A stretch of DNA of 64,000 nt from Myxococcota bacterium (GCA_036338695.1 JAYZBQ010000048.1:160001-224000), one strand, 5' to 3'. Positions 27,627 to 39,498 are shown, numbered from the stretch's first letter. The notes: a model not told the origin generated them from the sequence alone. Numbers and translations: made by a program.

Positions 27627-28940
27627 ATGAGCAAAGCGTGGCGTCAGCGGGCCGAGCGCGAACTCAACCGCTTGCTCAGCAGCGCGGCCGCAGCCGGGCT
27701 CTTCGGGCTCACCAAGGCCGGACTCACGCTGGCAGCGACCTCAGGCCCTCTCAAACCAGGCTCGGTCAATCCGCTCGAGGATGAGCTGCAAGCTGCCCTA
27801 CAGCGGGGGCAGCCCTGGGTCTGTGATGACAGCGCTCGATGGCGTCACCTGCTCGAGCCACAACAGCCGGAGGCGCCCTCGATCTGGTGGCCGCTGCAGG
27901 CGCGCGGCGTCAAGCTAGGCTTCGTCGTCGTCATCGGTACACAACTTGATCGCGACGCGGCGTTCCTTGCGCAGTTGAGCCGGACGGCGGGTCACCTCAC
28001 GCAACTGCTCATCCAGCGCCTCGAACATGGACGTGGTCACGCGCTGAACACACCGTTTACCGAAGCTTCAGGGGCACAGGCTGTCGCCTGGCCGAGCGAT
28101 CCACAGCGCCGCCTGTTGCTCGAGCAAGACGACCCCATGCCGACGGGCGGCGCCGCCGTCCGTGACGCTGACATGATGCTTCGATTAGCCCTCGAGAACC
28201 CGAATGGCTCGGCGGCGCGCTGTCTGAGCCGGCTGGACGATTGGCTGACCACTCCGCTGACCAAGCGGTTCTTGGACACGGCTCTCGAGGTGTTGTTGCC
28301 GGTCATGACGCAGCTGCCCAAAAGCCGGCGCCGGGTGCTCAAGCTCATGATCAACGCAGAAGATCAGCGCCTCCGACACGACGCGCTGCATTGCCTCGAG
28401 CGCTGGCCTGACGTCTCCATGGCACGCGAGGTCTTACCCCTCGCCTTCTCCGCTGAAGCGCAAGTCGCCACTGCGGCGGCGCGCGTGCTTGAGCGCTGCA
28501 AAGAGCACTCGAGCTTTACCGACGAGGTGCTCAAGGAGCTGCGTTCGCTGGTCAGCGACCAGCGAGCAGCGCACGCCCATCGCAGGGCGCTCGATCTCCT
28601 CGTGCGCTTCCGAGACCCTGACGCCGTCCCCTTGTTGATCAACGCGCTGAGCCGACAGAACCTCAAAGAGGCGGCTCAGCGCGGCCTCAGCGAGATTACC
28701 CTGATCCGAAACCGCTGGAGCCAGAACGCTTGGCGCAGCTGGTACGCAAAGCATGCCCACGAGCCCAGGAGCCTGTGGTTGCTCGATGCGCTCGACCACC
28801 GTGAGATCGAGGTCCGCTCTCAGGCGATCGCCGAACTCTATGGTGAAACCGGCGAAAATTTTGGGTTCGACCCCAGCGCATCCACCCGCCAACGACGAGC
28901 GGCGATCACGTTGGCGCGTCAAACGATCGCGCCGAGCTAA
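27627..28940 (+). CDS. GAF-like + HEAT-repeat protein
   Basis: WPLQARGVKLGFV GAF-like strand; AVPLLINAL, WRSWY, WLLDAL..EVRSQAIAEL..TGENFGF; ATG 27627 with GGAGG. Confidence 0.7.
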   Translation: MSKAWRQRAERELNRLLSSAAAAGLFGLTKAGLTLAATSGPLKPGSVNPLEDELQAALQRGQPWVCDDSARWRHLLEPQQPEAPSIWWPLQARGVKLGFVVVIGTQLDRDAAFLAQLSRTAGHLTQLLIQRLEHGRGHALNTPFTEASGAQAVAWPSDPQRRLLLEQDDPMPTGGAAVRDADMMLRLALENPNGSAARCLSRLDDWLTTPLTKRFLDTALEVLLPVMTQLPKSRRRVLKLMINAEDQRLRHDALHCLERWPDVSMAREVLPLAFSAEAQVATAAARVLERCKEHSSFTDEVLKELRSLVSDQRAAHAHRRALDLLVRFRDPDAVPLLINALSRQNLKEAAQRGLSEITLIRNRWSQNAWRSWYAKHAHEPRSLWLLDALDHREIEVRSQAIAELYGETGENFGFDPSASTRQRRAAITLARQTIAPS

Positions 28941-29485
28941 GCGCGCGGCCAACCCCGAAACAGCGCACCCAGCGCCCGGGAAAAGCTGTCCTCAGTGGGC
29001 ACCGTCGACGCCTCATCGTTCCGGCGGATATGGCTCATCCCGAGCACCAGCGCACGCAGCGTGCGCCAGGCGTGCTCAGCGTCTGCGCCGGTCAGCCCAG
29101 CGTGCTCAAACACACGCTCCGCGCGCGCCTCTGCGCGCGCGCGCCCAGCAGCGACCGCGGCGCTGCCTTGCATCTCAGGTGCCTCTGCCGCAGCGAAGGC
29201 GGCGGGATGATCGAGGGCGAAGCGCCACCAGCGCCGCGCCAGCTGACGCGGCGTGCTGCCTGCCCGCCCGAGCTCTGCGAACACGTCGGCCAGACCCGAC
29301 CACCCCCGCTGGGCCAAGAGCACCTTCACCGCAAAGAGGTCTGGAACGTGCTTATACAATGACGGCGGCTTGACGCGCAGCGCCGCCGCTAGGTCAGCCA
29401 TCCGTAAGCCGTCCAGCCCGCGCGCCGCCACCAATCCCTCGGCGGCGTCAACGATCCGCTCTACCGTCATGGTTCGACGCATCAT
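28937..29485 (-). CDS. TetR-family transcriptional regulator
   Basis: IVDAA..GLDGLRMADLAAALRVKPPSLYKH HTH. Confidence 0.92.
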   Translation of the reverse strand: MMRRTMTVERIVDAAEGLVAARGLDGLRMADLAAALRVKPPSLYKHVPDLFAVKVLLAQRGWSGLADVFAELGRAGSTPRQLARRWWRFALDHPAAFAAAEAPEMQGSAAVAAGRARAEARAERVFEHAGLTGADAEHAWRTLRALVLGMSHIRRNDEASTVPTEDSFSRALGALFRGWPRA

Positions 29486-29717
29486 CCGGCTCCTGCTGGG
29501 CTAATTCGAATACGCCCTAGGTATTCGGTAACCTCAAGTAGAACTTTAAGGTTCAACGCTGTCAAAGGCGACAAAACATAATAAGATTATATCCAATATA
29601 AACTATAGATACAGTTATTTATAGGTATTTAGCTAATTAGAATAATCCCACTTGTTCGAAACCCCATAGGAGGAACAGTACAGGGTGCCTTGAAACAAGC
29701 TATGATGCGTAGCTGGC

Positions 29718-29757
29718 AAAAAACAAACAGAGCAGCCCAACGATGAGCTGCTCTGTT
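29718..29757 (-). terminator. Intrinsic terminator after tRNA-Pro
   Basis: 11-bp inverted repeat AACAGAGCAGC/GCTGCTCTGTT followed by TGTTTTTT on the minus strand. Confidence 0.8.
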
Positions 29758-29761
29758 GTGC

Positions 29762-29838
29762 TGGTCGGGGCGAGAGGATTCGAACCTCCGGCCTCTTGCT
29801 CCCGAAGCAAGCGCGCTACCAAACTGCGCTACGCCCCG
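29762..29838 (-). tRNA. tRNA-Pro (anticodon CGG)
   Basis: 77 nt CGGGGCGTAGCGCAGTTTGGTAGCGCG-CTTGC-TTCGGGA-GCAAG-AGGCCGGAGGTTCGAATCCTCTCGCCCCGACCA; cloverleaf and encoded CCA. Confidence 0.98.
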
Positions 29839-29852
29839 ATCAACGAGCGCAC

Positions 29853-29881
29853 CGGTTAGATGCTCGCCTCTTGGCCGTCAA
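29853..29881 (-). promoter_or_regulatory. Possible sigma70 promoter of tRNA-Pro
   Basis: TTGACG-N17-TAACCG, 14 nt before the tRNA; weak -10. Confidence 0.3.
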
Positions 29882-29887
29882 TCAGAT

Positions 29888-30565
29888 TCAGGCAGGCGCC
29901 GACCCAAACGCGGTTTTGAGCGCCGAGATGGCCTCCGCATAATCCGGCTGATTAAAGACGGCTGACCCCGCCACGGCGACGTCAATTCCTGCCTCGGTGA
30001 GCGGCCGGATCGTGTCGGGCTTGACCCCTCCATCCACTGAGATCAGAGGGCGGCGTGATGAGTCCATCTGATCGATCATCGCGCGTAAGGCGCGCACCTT
30101 CTCGACGGCGCTCCCAATAAATCGCTGTCCACCGAACCCGGGATTAACGCTCATCAACAAGACCAGGTCGAGCTCCTCTAAGACCCACTCGATGCTCGAT
30201 AGCGGCGTGTGCGGGTTTAAGCTCACGCCCGCCTTCATCCCGGCGGAACGGATCGCTTGTAAGGTGCGATGCAGATGAGGTGAGGCTTCGACATGGACCG
30301 TCAAGAGATCCACGCCGGCGGCTGCAAAGTCCTCGATGTACCGCTCAGGCTCAACGATCATCAGGTGGGCATCAAGCGGTTTGGTCGCCACCTTTTTGAT
30401 CGCAGCGACCACGGGCGCACCAAAAGTGATGTTGGGCACGAACCGCCCGTCCATCACGTCGAGATGAAGCCAATCGGCCCCCGCCCTCTCGACCGCCTCC
30501 ACCTCCTCAGCGAGGCGGGCGAAGTCGCAGGCGAGCAGCGAAGGTGCGATGATACCAGACGTCAT
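29888..30565 (-). CDS. rpe: Ribulose-phosphate 3-epimerase
   Basis: [41 protein letters not shown]. Confidence 0.98.
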   Translation of the reverse strand: MTSGIIAPSLLACDFARLAEEVEAVERAGADWLHLDVMDGRFVPNITFGAPVVAAIKKVATKPLDAHLMIVEPERYIEDFAAAGVDLLTVHVEASPHLHRTLQAIRSAGMKAGVSLNPHTPLSSIEWVLEELDLVLLMSVNPGFGGQRFIGSAVEKVRALRAMIDQMDSSRRPLISVDGGVKPDTIRPLTEAGIDVAVAGSAVFNQPDYAEAISALKTAFGSAPA

Positions 30566-31842
30566 GAGAACCTCTCCAACACGGCGACGTAGAACCCATC
30601 GCCCTCTCCGTTTAGACCAAAGCAGCCCTGACCCGTAGGAAGACTCGGACGCTCAACCAAGCGGACGTCCGCCTCAGCCAGCGCCTGCGCGATCACCTCT
30701 TCGCCCTCTTCGGGCTCAAGACTGCAGACCGAATACACCAAGCTTCCGCCCGGCTGCAGAACGTCGAGCGCGGCTTGAAGCAGGCGTCTTTGGGTCTTCG
30801 AGTGGGCACGCAATTCCTTGAGCCGGCGACGCTGCCCGATCTCGGGGTGCCGGCGCAATGTCCCGAGCCCGGTGCAGGGCGCGTCCAAGACGATGCGATC
30901 AAAAGGGCCGTGTTCGCCGCAAAGCGCCGCCGCATCGCCGACGATCACCTCCGCGCGAAGCTGGCAACGCTCGAGCGCCTGAGACACCAGCTCAGCTCGG
31001 TGCTCATGCAGCTCAAAAGCGAGGACCTGAGCGCTTGGGTGCAAGAGCGCCAGCTGCGTGGTTTTGCCCCCGGGCGCAGCGCACAGATCAGCGACGCGCC
31101 GCCCACCGGGTGGTAACAAAGGGACGATGCGTGCCGCGTTTCGGTCCTGTACGGTCCAGTCACCCGAGGCGAAACCCGCCAGAGCGCTCGGATCGCCCGG
31201 CGGCAGGCGCATACGATCGGGCGCGCCCGGGATCGGCTCAGCACCGAGTCGCTCACACCACGCCGCGAGGTCGCCTCGATCAAGTCGAGCATCCACAACC
31301 GCTGGCTCAGCGAGCCGGCGCTGCAGCGCGATCGCTCGGTCTGAGCCGAGACGCTTGACCCAGCGCGCAAACAAAGCCTCAGGGGCAGGTCCAAGCAGCG
31401 CGCCGCCCGCGTGATCTTCCACGGCAGCGAGCCACTCGCTCTTCTCGCGCACCACCCGCCGGAGCAGCCCGTTGACGAGGCCGCTGTACCGATGGTGTCC
31501 AGCCTTCTTTGCGGCGCGGACCGCCAGATCCACTGCGGCGTGATCAGGGACCCGGTCTAGGAACAGGATCTGAGCAAGAGCGAGATGCAAAATGCGCTCA
31601 AGCCCAGCCTTGACGCCCCCTTTGCGCGTGCAGCGCGCCACGACAAACCGGAGCGCAGGGCGGCGCCTCAAGACGGTCTGACACAGGTTCATCACCAAGG
31701 CTTTGTCGGGGCCTTCGAGACGTGCGCGTGTCACCTCGTGCCCAAACACCCGGCTCAACCAGGTGCCCTCCTCATCAATGCGCTCGATCAAGCGCAAAGC
31801 GAGCAGTCGAGCGGCGAGCCCGGGTGTCGGTTGAGCCGCCAT
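30562..31842 (-). CDS. rsmB: 16S rRNA m5C967 methyltransferase RsmB/Sun
   Basis: NusB-like N-domain (VNGLLR), DLCAAPGGKT, LDAPCTGLGTLRRHPE, YSVCSL. Confidence 0.93.
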   Translation of the reverse strand: MAAQPTPGLAARLLALRLIERIDEEGTWLSRVFGHEVTRARLEGPDKALVMNLCQTVLRRRPALRFVVARCTRKGGVKAGLERILHLALAQILFLDRVPDHAAVDLAVRAAKKAGHHRYSGLVNGLLRRVVREKSEWLAAVEDHAGGALLGPAPEALFARWVKRLGSDRAIALQRRLAEPAVVDARLDRGDLAAWCERLGAEPIPGAPDRMRLPPGDPSALAGFASGDWTVQDRNAARIVPLLPPGGRRVADLCAAPGGKTTQLALLHPSAQVLAFELHEHRAELVSQALERCQLRAEVIVGDAAALCGEHGPFDRIVLDAPCTGLGTLRRHPEIGQRRRLKELRAHSKTQRRLLQAALDVLQPGGSLVYSVCSLEPEEGEEVIAQALAEADVRLVERPSLPTGQGCFGLNGEGDGFYVAVLERFS

Positions 31843-31904
31843 CGACCCCTCCTTCTCTTCGGCTAGGTGCCGATGGCGGCTGCATCCGTCAACGCCTCTC
31901 GGTG

Positions 31905-32192
31905 TTACGGACGCCTCACCCTGAGGTCGGTGACCCCATCGACGCGCACATAGGGGAGCATTTTGAGCAAGGTGCGACGTCCAATCCCGCGCACTCGGCG
32001 CAGCTGAATCGCCCGACGAAACGGTCTCTTCTGCCGAAGCCGGATGATCGCCTCGGCACGCTTAGGACCCACACCGGGCAAGAGGGACAAGCTCGCAACG
32101 CCCGCTTGGTTAATATTGACCTGGCCCTCAAGCGCCGGCGCTGAGAGCGCAGGAATAGCCCACAAAAGGGCGATGAGGCTGAGGAGTCTCAT
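31905..32192 (-). CDS. comEA: ComEA-like helix-hairpin-helix DNA-binding protein
   Basis: Signal peptide, VNINQA, LPGVGPKRAEAII, PF, LRRVRGIG. Confidence 0.9.
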   Translation of the reverse strand: MRLLSLIALLWAIPALSAPALEGQVNINQAGVASLSLLPGVGPKRAEAIIRLRQKRPFRRAIQLRRVRGIGRRTLLKMLPYVRVDGVTDLRVRRP

Positions 32193-32425
32193 GACGCCCC
32201 CTGCGTCGACGCATCCTGCTCGCGGCGCTCGAACAAAAAGAGGGTCTCTTGGATCGGCAAGGCGTCGAGCCTGAGCTTATAGCCGCCGCGGTCGCGACGC
32301 CAGGCTGCGCCGATGCGGGTGTAGGCTGCGCGCTCCTCGCCGCTGCGATCGGTGTAACCGCGGACGGTGACAACATCGAAACACGGAGCCAATGCGACGC
32401 TCGCCGCAGGTTCTTGATGAGGCAT
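32189..32425 (-). CDS. Small hypothetical protein (YTRIGAAW..LRLDALP motif)
   Basis: AAGGAG RBS; ATGA overlap with comEA; aromatic/basic beta-hairpin motif. Confidence 0.75.
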   Translation of the reverse strand: MPHQEPAASVALAPCFDVVTVRGYTDRSGEERAAYTRIGAAWRRDRGGYKLRLDALPIQETLFLFERREQDASTQGAS

Positions 32426-32464
32426 GATCTTCTCCTTCGCCGTTGAGTCGGCTGGTGTCGGTCT

Positions 32465-32480
32465 TGCGGCTTTTATGCCA
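32465..32480 (-). promoter_or_regulatory. Putative sigma54 -24/-12 promoter for the small protein-comEA operon
   Basis: TGGCATAAAAGCCGCA (GG-N10-GC) about 40 nt before the ATG, AT-rich tract upstream. Confidence 0.5.
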
Positions 32481-32591
32481 CATCAAAAAACATGTATTTT
32501 TAGATGTTTATAAGTATTTTACTGATTCGCTTGCAACGAGCTTGTGTCACGTCATCCTTGGTTGGATACAGCGAGGGACAAGGAGCGAGCC

Positions 32592-35438
<2,847 letters not shown>

Positions 35439-35506
35439 GCCGTCCGTCTTGTCGGCCTGGGCTTGGCCGGGTATCTTCTTCGCCGCTGATTATCGGAACG
35501 AAGACC

Positions 35507-37726
35507 ATGCGCACGACCAGCCTCCTTTGCTGTCTCTTTGCGATCGCTTGCGGATCGGGCGAAGACCCGGTGGACCCGACACGCGACACCGGGCGCACCT
35601 CTACGCGTTTTGACGCCGGCGACGCGCAGGCGGTCTGCGGAAACGGTACGGTCGAAGCCGGCGAGGACTGCGACGACGGCAACCGCTTCAACGACGACGG
35701 CTGCAGCAACACCTGCCAGCGCGCCAATTGCGGAGACGGACAGGTCAACCCTCTCGAGGAAGATTGCGACGACGGCAACCGCGTGGACACCGACGGGTGC
35801 CGAAACAACTGCAGCTATGCGCGCTGTGGTGACGGGGTCACGCGTACGGACCTGCCGACCGACGCGCCCGGCTTTGAGGCCTGCGATGACGGCAACGCCG
35901 TCGAGACCGACGCCTGCTTATCCAGCTGCCAAGCGGCGCGCTGCGGCGACGGCATCACGCGCACCGACCGCGCGCTGGGCGAGCTCGGACACGAAGCCTG
36001 TGACGACGGGAACCAAGACGAGACCGACGGCTGCCTGAGCACCTGCCAACTCCCAAGCTGCGGCGACGGTGAGCTGAGCGAGGGCGAAGCCTGTGACGAC
36101 GGCAACCAAGACAACACCGACGCGTGCCTGAACAACTGTGAGCGAGCGCGCTGTGGCGACGGCGTCGTACGAAGCGACCTCCAACCGAGTGAGCCGAGCG
36201 GTGAGGCCTGCGACGACGGCAACGACGTGGATACCGACGCGTGCACCGCAGGCTGCCGGACAGCGCGCTGCGGCGATGGGATCGTGCGGACCGACCGCAG
36301 CCTCGGACAGGACGGATACGAAGCCTGCGATGACGGCAATGAGATCAACGACGACCAATGCTCCAACCAATGCGAGCAGTCAGCTTGTGGCAACGGGCGC
36401 ATCGAGGCAGGTGAGGCTTGCGATGACGGCAACCAGGTCGACACGGACGCTTGTCGCAACAGCTGCGTTGCGGCGACCTGCGGTGACGGCGTCACGCGCG
36501 AGGACCTCAACGAAGGTCAGGTCGGTTTTGAGAGCTGTGATGACGGCAACCAAGTGGACTCCGACAGCTGCCTGAACCGCTGCCTTTTGGCGCGGTGCGG
36601 CGACGGCGTCAGACGGACCGACCTGCAGCCTGGTGAGGCGGGTTATGAAGTCTGTGACGACGGCAACGAGGACCCCGCAGACGCTTGCGACGGCTGCTTG
36701 ACCACCTGCGCTCGTCACACCAACTGCCCGGGCGACTTTGGCCGCTGCCGAGTCCCCGAAGGGGCGCAGCGCGGCACCTGTCACGACCTGAGACACCACG
36801 CCTGCACGAACGAGACGGACTGCGACTTCACCGACGCAAACGGCGTCGAGACCTTTGCGACCTGCCAAGGGAATCGATGCAAAGCGAGCGAGATGAGCGC
36901 CTGCATCGAAGGGGTCGACTGCGAGCGCAACACCACCTGCCAGACGATCAACAACAGCCGCTATTGCGCTCAAACCTGTGCGCAAAATACCGACTGCCAG
37001 ACCCGCTATGCGTCCTGCCAAATGGTCGAGAACCGCAGGCTGTGCTGGTACAACTTCTGCGGGAACCCGCGCGAGTTGAGCAATGGCTTCAACAACGTCA
37101 ACAATGGCAACCTCGGCGGCAGCTGCGCTGCGGACCTCAACAACCCGCAGGACGGTCACTGCTACGAGGTCGGCGCCGGCAACAACGAGTGGGTCGGGCT
37201 TTGTTTCGAGGGAGGCACGCTGACAGCGGGCTCAGCTTGCCAGCTCGGCGTGGCGCGCAGCAACAACGCGCAGCAGTGCGGGCGCGGGACGATCTGTACG
37301 GGGTTTGACCAGGCTGAGCGCCACCACTGCCGCGCCACCTGCTCGAGGCCCGGCGGGCACGGCAGCATCACCTGCGCTCAGGGCAGCAGCTGCATGGCGG
37401 CGATCGAGAACGACTACTACTTCTTCGCCTGTATTCCTGCCGCTGAGCAGTGTGACATCACGGCTCGCTCGAGCTGCGGCGCCAACGGACGCTGCGCAAC
37501 CCTCCTGACGACTCAGCGAACCAGCCACTGTACGCCGCTCGTCGCCGTCAACGAGCGCGTCGGAGCCGGTGAGGCCTGCACGGGCAACAACCAGTGCCCC
37601 GATGGCTATTATTGCGGCGAAGGGAGCCGGTGCATCAGGGTCTGCGCAAACGATGGGCACTGCGACGGCAACGACCGCTGCTCCATCGAAGGGAACGCAC
37701 CCGTCGGTGTCTGCGCAGCGCCGTAG
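35507..37726 (+). CDS. Myxobacterial cysteine-rich repeat lipoprotein (DUF4215-like)
   Basis: Lipobox AIA-C; ten CG[DN]G..ExCDDGN..DxC repeats; disulfide-rich C-terminal region. Confidence 0.9.
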   Translation: MRTTSLLCCLFAIACGSGEDPVDPTRDTGRTSTRFDAGDAQAVCGNGTVEAGEDCDDGNRFNDDGCSNTCQRANCGDGQVNPLEEDCDDGNRVDTDGCRNNCSYARCGDGVTRTDLPTDAPGFEACDDGNAVETDACLSSCQAARCGDGITRTDRALGELGHEACDDGNQDETDGCLSTCQLPSCGDGELSEGEACDDGNQDNTDACLNNCERARCGDGVVRSDLQPSEPSGEACDDGNDVDTDACTAGCRTARCGDGIVRTDRSLGQDGYEACDDGNEINDDQCSNQCEQSACGNGRIEAGEACDDGNQVDTDACRNSCVAATCGDGVTREDLNEGQVGFESCDDGNQVDSDSCLNRCLLARCGDGVRRTDLQPGEAGYEVCDDGNEDPADACDGCLTTCARHTNCPGDFGRCRVPEGAQRGTCHDLRHHACTNETDCDFTDANGVETFATCQGNRCKASEMSACIEGVDCERNTTCQTINNSRYCAQTCAQNTDCQTRYASCQMVENRRLCWYNFCGNPRELSNGFNNVNNGNLGGSCAADLNNPQDGHCYEVGAGNNEWVGLCFEGGTLTAGSACQLGVARSNNAQQCGRGTICTGFDQAERHHCRATCSRPGGHGSITCAQGSSCMAAIENDYYFFACIPAAEQCDITARSSCGANGRCATLLTTQRTSHCTPLVAVNERVGAGEACTGNNQCPDGYYCGEGSRCIRVCANDGHCDGNDRCSIEGNAPVGVCAAP
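35636..36697 (+). repeat. Ten coding Cys-rich repeats in short and long variants
   Basis: Recurrent tgcggcgacggc and tgcgacgacggcaac. Confidence 0.9.
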
Positions 37727-37732
37727 GTCCCG

Positions 37733-38665
37733 CTAGCCCGCTCGACGCAGGTGCTCGAGATAGTGGTCTTGAGCCTCTTGGCAGCGAATGGTCGCCTCGC
37801 CGACATACTTGTCAGAGACGTCGTAGCCGACAAAGTCTCGCCCCATGCGCGCCGCGGCGATGCCGGTCGTTCCTGAGCCCATAAAGGGGTCCAAGACCAA
37901 GTCACCCTCGGTGCTGCCATACTTCACAAAGAAATCAGCCAACTCCATCGGCATGAGCGCGGGGTGAATGTCCTTCTTGGGGCGCTTCGTCGCCTTGTTC
38001 CAGGTATCCCCCGAGCCCTGACCCGTCGCACCCTTTGAGTAGATCACATTGCCCGGGTCACGACCTTTGGGGTTGTACTTCCAAGCGCGCTTATCCATCC
38101 GGCCCGGTAGCGTCGAACTGCACAGCTTACAGGTCTGATCATGTCCTTGGTAGCGGCTCGGCTCGCGCACCTCATCCTTATAAACCGCATAATGGTCAGC
38201 GTCTTTGACGAAGTGGTAGATGATCTCGTTGACGTTTTTGAGGCGCCGCCGATAGTTGTCCGGTTTGGGCCGTGTTTTCGTCCAATAGAAGGGCTGGACG
38301 TAATCAAACCCAAGCTCCTCCACCGCGACGATCGGGATCTTCGCCTCGGTCAGGCTAAAACGACCATCGCAGTACTGTCCTTGAAAGTTCAAAAAGAAGT
38401 TACCGCTTGGCTTGAGTACCCGGTGACACTCACTCATGATCGGCTTGAGCGCGGCGATAAACTCATCACCGCGTAGGCGCCCGATGTCACCGTCAGCGGT
38501 GTGGTAGACCTTACGCGCCTCATAGGGCGGCGAGGTAAAAATCAAGTCAACCGAGGCGTCAGGCAGATCAGCCATCTGCGCGGCGGAACCATGAAAGATC
38601 GTGTTACGATAAGACAAAGTGAAGACTCCGATACCCGGTCGAGAACCCGGGGTTGTCGAAGCCAT
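37733..38665 (-). CDS. Orphan amino-DNA methyltransferase (beta class, probably N4-cytosine)
   Basis: SVDLIFTSPPY before VLDPFMGSGTT; RVLKPSG, HPA; likely start TTG 38617 with GGAG. Confidence 0.92.
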   Translation of the reverse strand: MASTTPGSRPGIGVFTLSYRNTIFHGSAAQMADLPDASVDLIFTSPPYEARKVYHTADGDIGRLRGDEFIAALKPIMSECHRVLKPSGNFFLNFQGQYCDGRFSLTEAKIPIVAVEELGFDYVQPFYWTKTRPKPDNYRRRLKNVNEIIYHFVKDADHYAVYKDEVREPSRYQGHDQTCKLCSSTLPGRMDKRAWKYNPKGRDPGNVIYSKGATGQGSGDTWNKATKRPKKDIHPALMPMELADFFVKYGSTEGDLVLDPFMGSGTTGIAAARMGRDFVGYDVSDKYVGEATIRCQEAQDHYLEHLRRAG

Positions 38666-38772
38666 TGTGGAGGAGGATCACCCAAAGTGAAGAAACTGGC
38701 GCGTCGCCATAGGCGGCTCGCACCCTTTCTCCAAAAAATTTAGAGTTCTTGATATAACAGGAGCTTACGAGT

Positions 38773-39498
38773 TTAGAACGCGGCCGCGGCCGCTTGAATT
38801 TCTCGCTCGAGCCAGCGGACGGCGTCGGTCACCGCTTGGATATAGGTCGCCCCCTGACTTCGTCGCGCGCCGCAGGCAGAGGCGAGTCGACAGCCCGTGC
38901 CGCGGTGATGTCCGGGCACACGCGGGTGGCGATAGAAGTGGGGACCACCGTCACGATCGATCAGGACGTCCTCGAGAACATCGCCCTCGCCGTGACCTCC
39001 TTTAACGAGCACCCTGCGCGCGCCGAGCTGCTGGAGGCGACTGCCCAGCTCGACCGGATCGAGCGTAGTTCCGCCCACGAGCTCACGCGCTTCAACCAGG
39101 TTGGGGGTCAGCAGGTCTGCCCGCGCCAGCAGCCGCGCGTAGGAGGGCGCAGACCAGTCACTCTCGTAGACACGAACCCCCGAGGATGTGCGCAACAACG
39201 GGTCGATGATGAGCTCGACCTCATCACCGACCTGGCGCAACAATTCCGTCACCTGCGCCTCATCGCTCAGCCAGCCCACCTTGACCACCTGCGGGCGCGC
39301 CGCACGCAGCACCACGCGCAGCTGCTCGGCGAAAAAGGCAGGGTCGACGGGGTACACGGCGCAGGATGCATCATCCTGCGCTGTCAGCGCGCTGCAGACC
39401 ACCTGAGCCTCGACACCGAAGGCCTGGCAGGCTTGACGATCCGCCAGCAACCCAGCGCGCCCAAGCGGGTCAAGCCCTCCGATACAAAGAAGGCTCAC
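38773..39498 (-). CDS. thiD: Hydroxymethylpyrimidine/phosphomethylpyrimidine kinase
   Basis: GGLDP..AGLLAD, ALTAQ, TPNLVEA, VLVKGGH, GTGC; GTG 39498 overlaps thiE stop. Confidence 0.92.
   Translation of the reverse strand: MSLLCIGGLDPLGRAGLLADRQACQAFGVEAQVVCSALTAQDDASCAVYPVDPAFFAEQLRVVLRAARPQVVKVGWLSDEAQVTELLRQVGDEVELIIDPLLRTSSGVRVYESDWSAPSYARLLARADLLTPNLVEARELVGGTTLDPVELGSRLQQLGARRVLVKGGHGEGDVLEDVLIDRDGGPHFYRHPRVPGHHRGTGCRLASACGARRSQGATYIQAVTDAVRWLEREIQAAAAAF

Noticed and set aside
29571..29597. dif-like site (minus strand ATTGGATATAA-TCTTA-TTATGTTTTGT)
   Set aside because: Spacer is 5 bp rather than 6, and the arms match XerC/XerD consensus only partly
29500..29720. Replication origin in the AT-rich region
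   Set aside because: No TTATCCACA-type DnaA boxes seen and no dnaA/dnaN/gidA context
29762..29790. Integrated element at tRNA-Pro
   Set aside because: No integrase and no duplicated tRNA 3' end noticed in the window
29756..29965. 69-aa [16 protein letters not shown]
   Set aside because: Antisense translation of the tRNA-Pro gene
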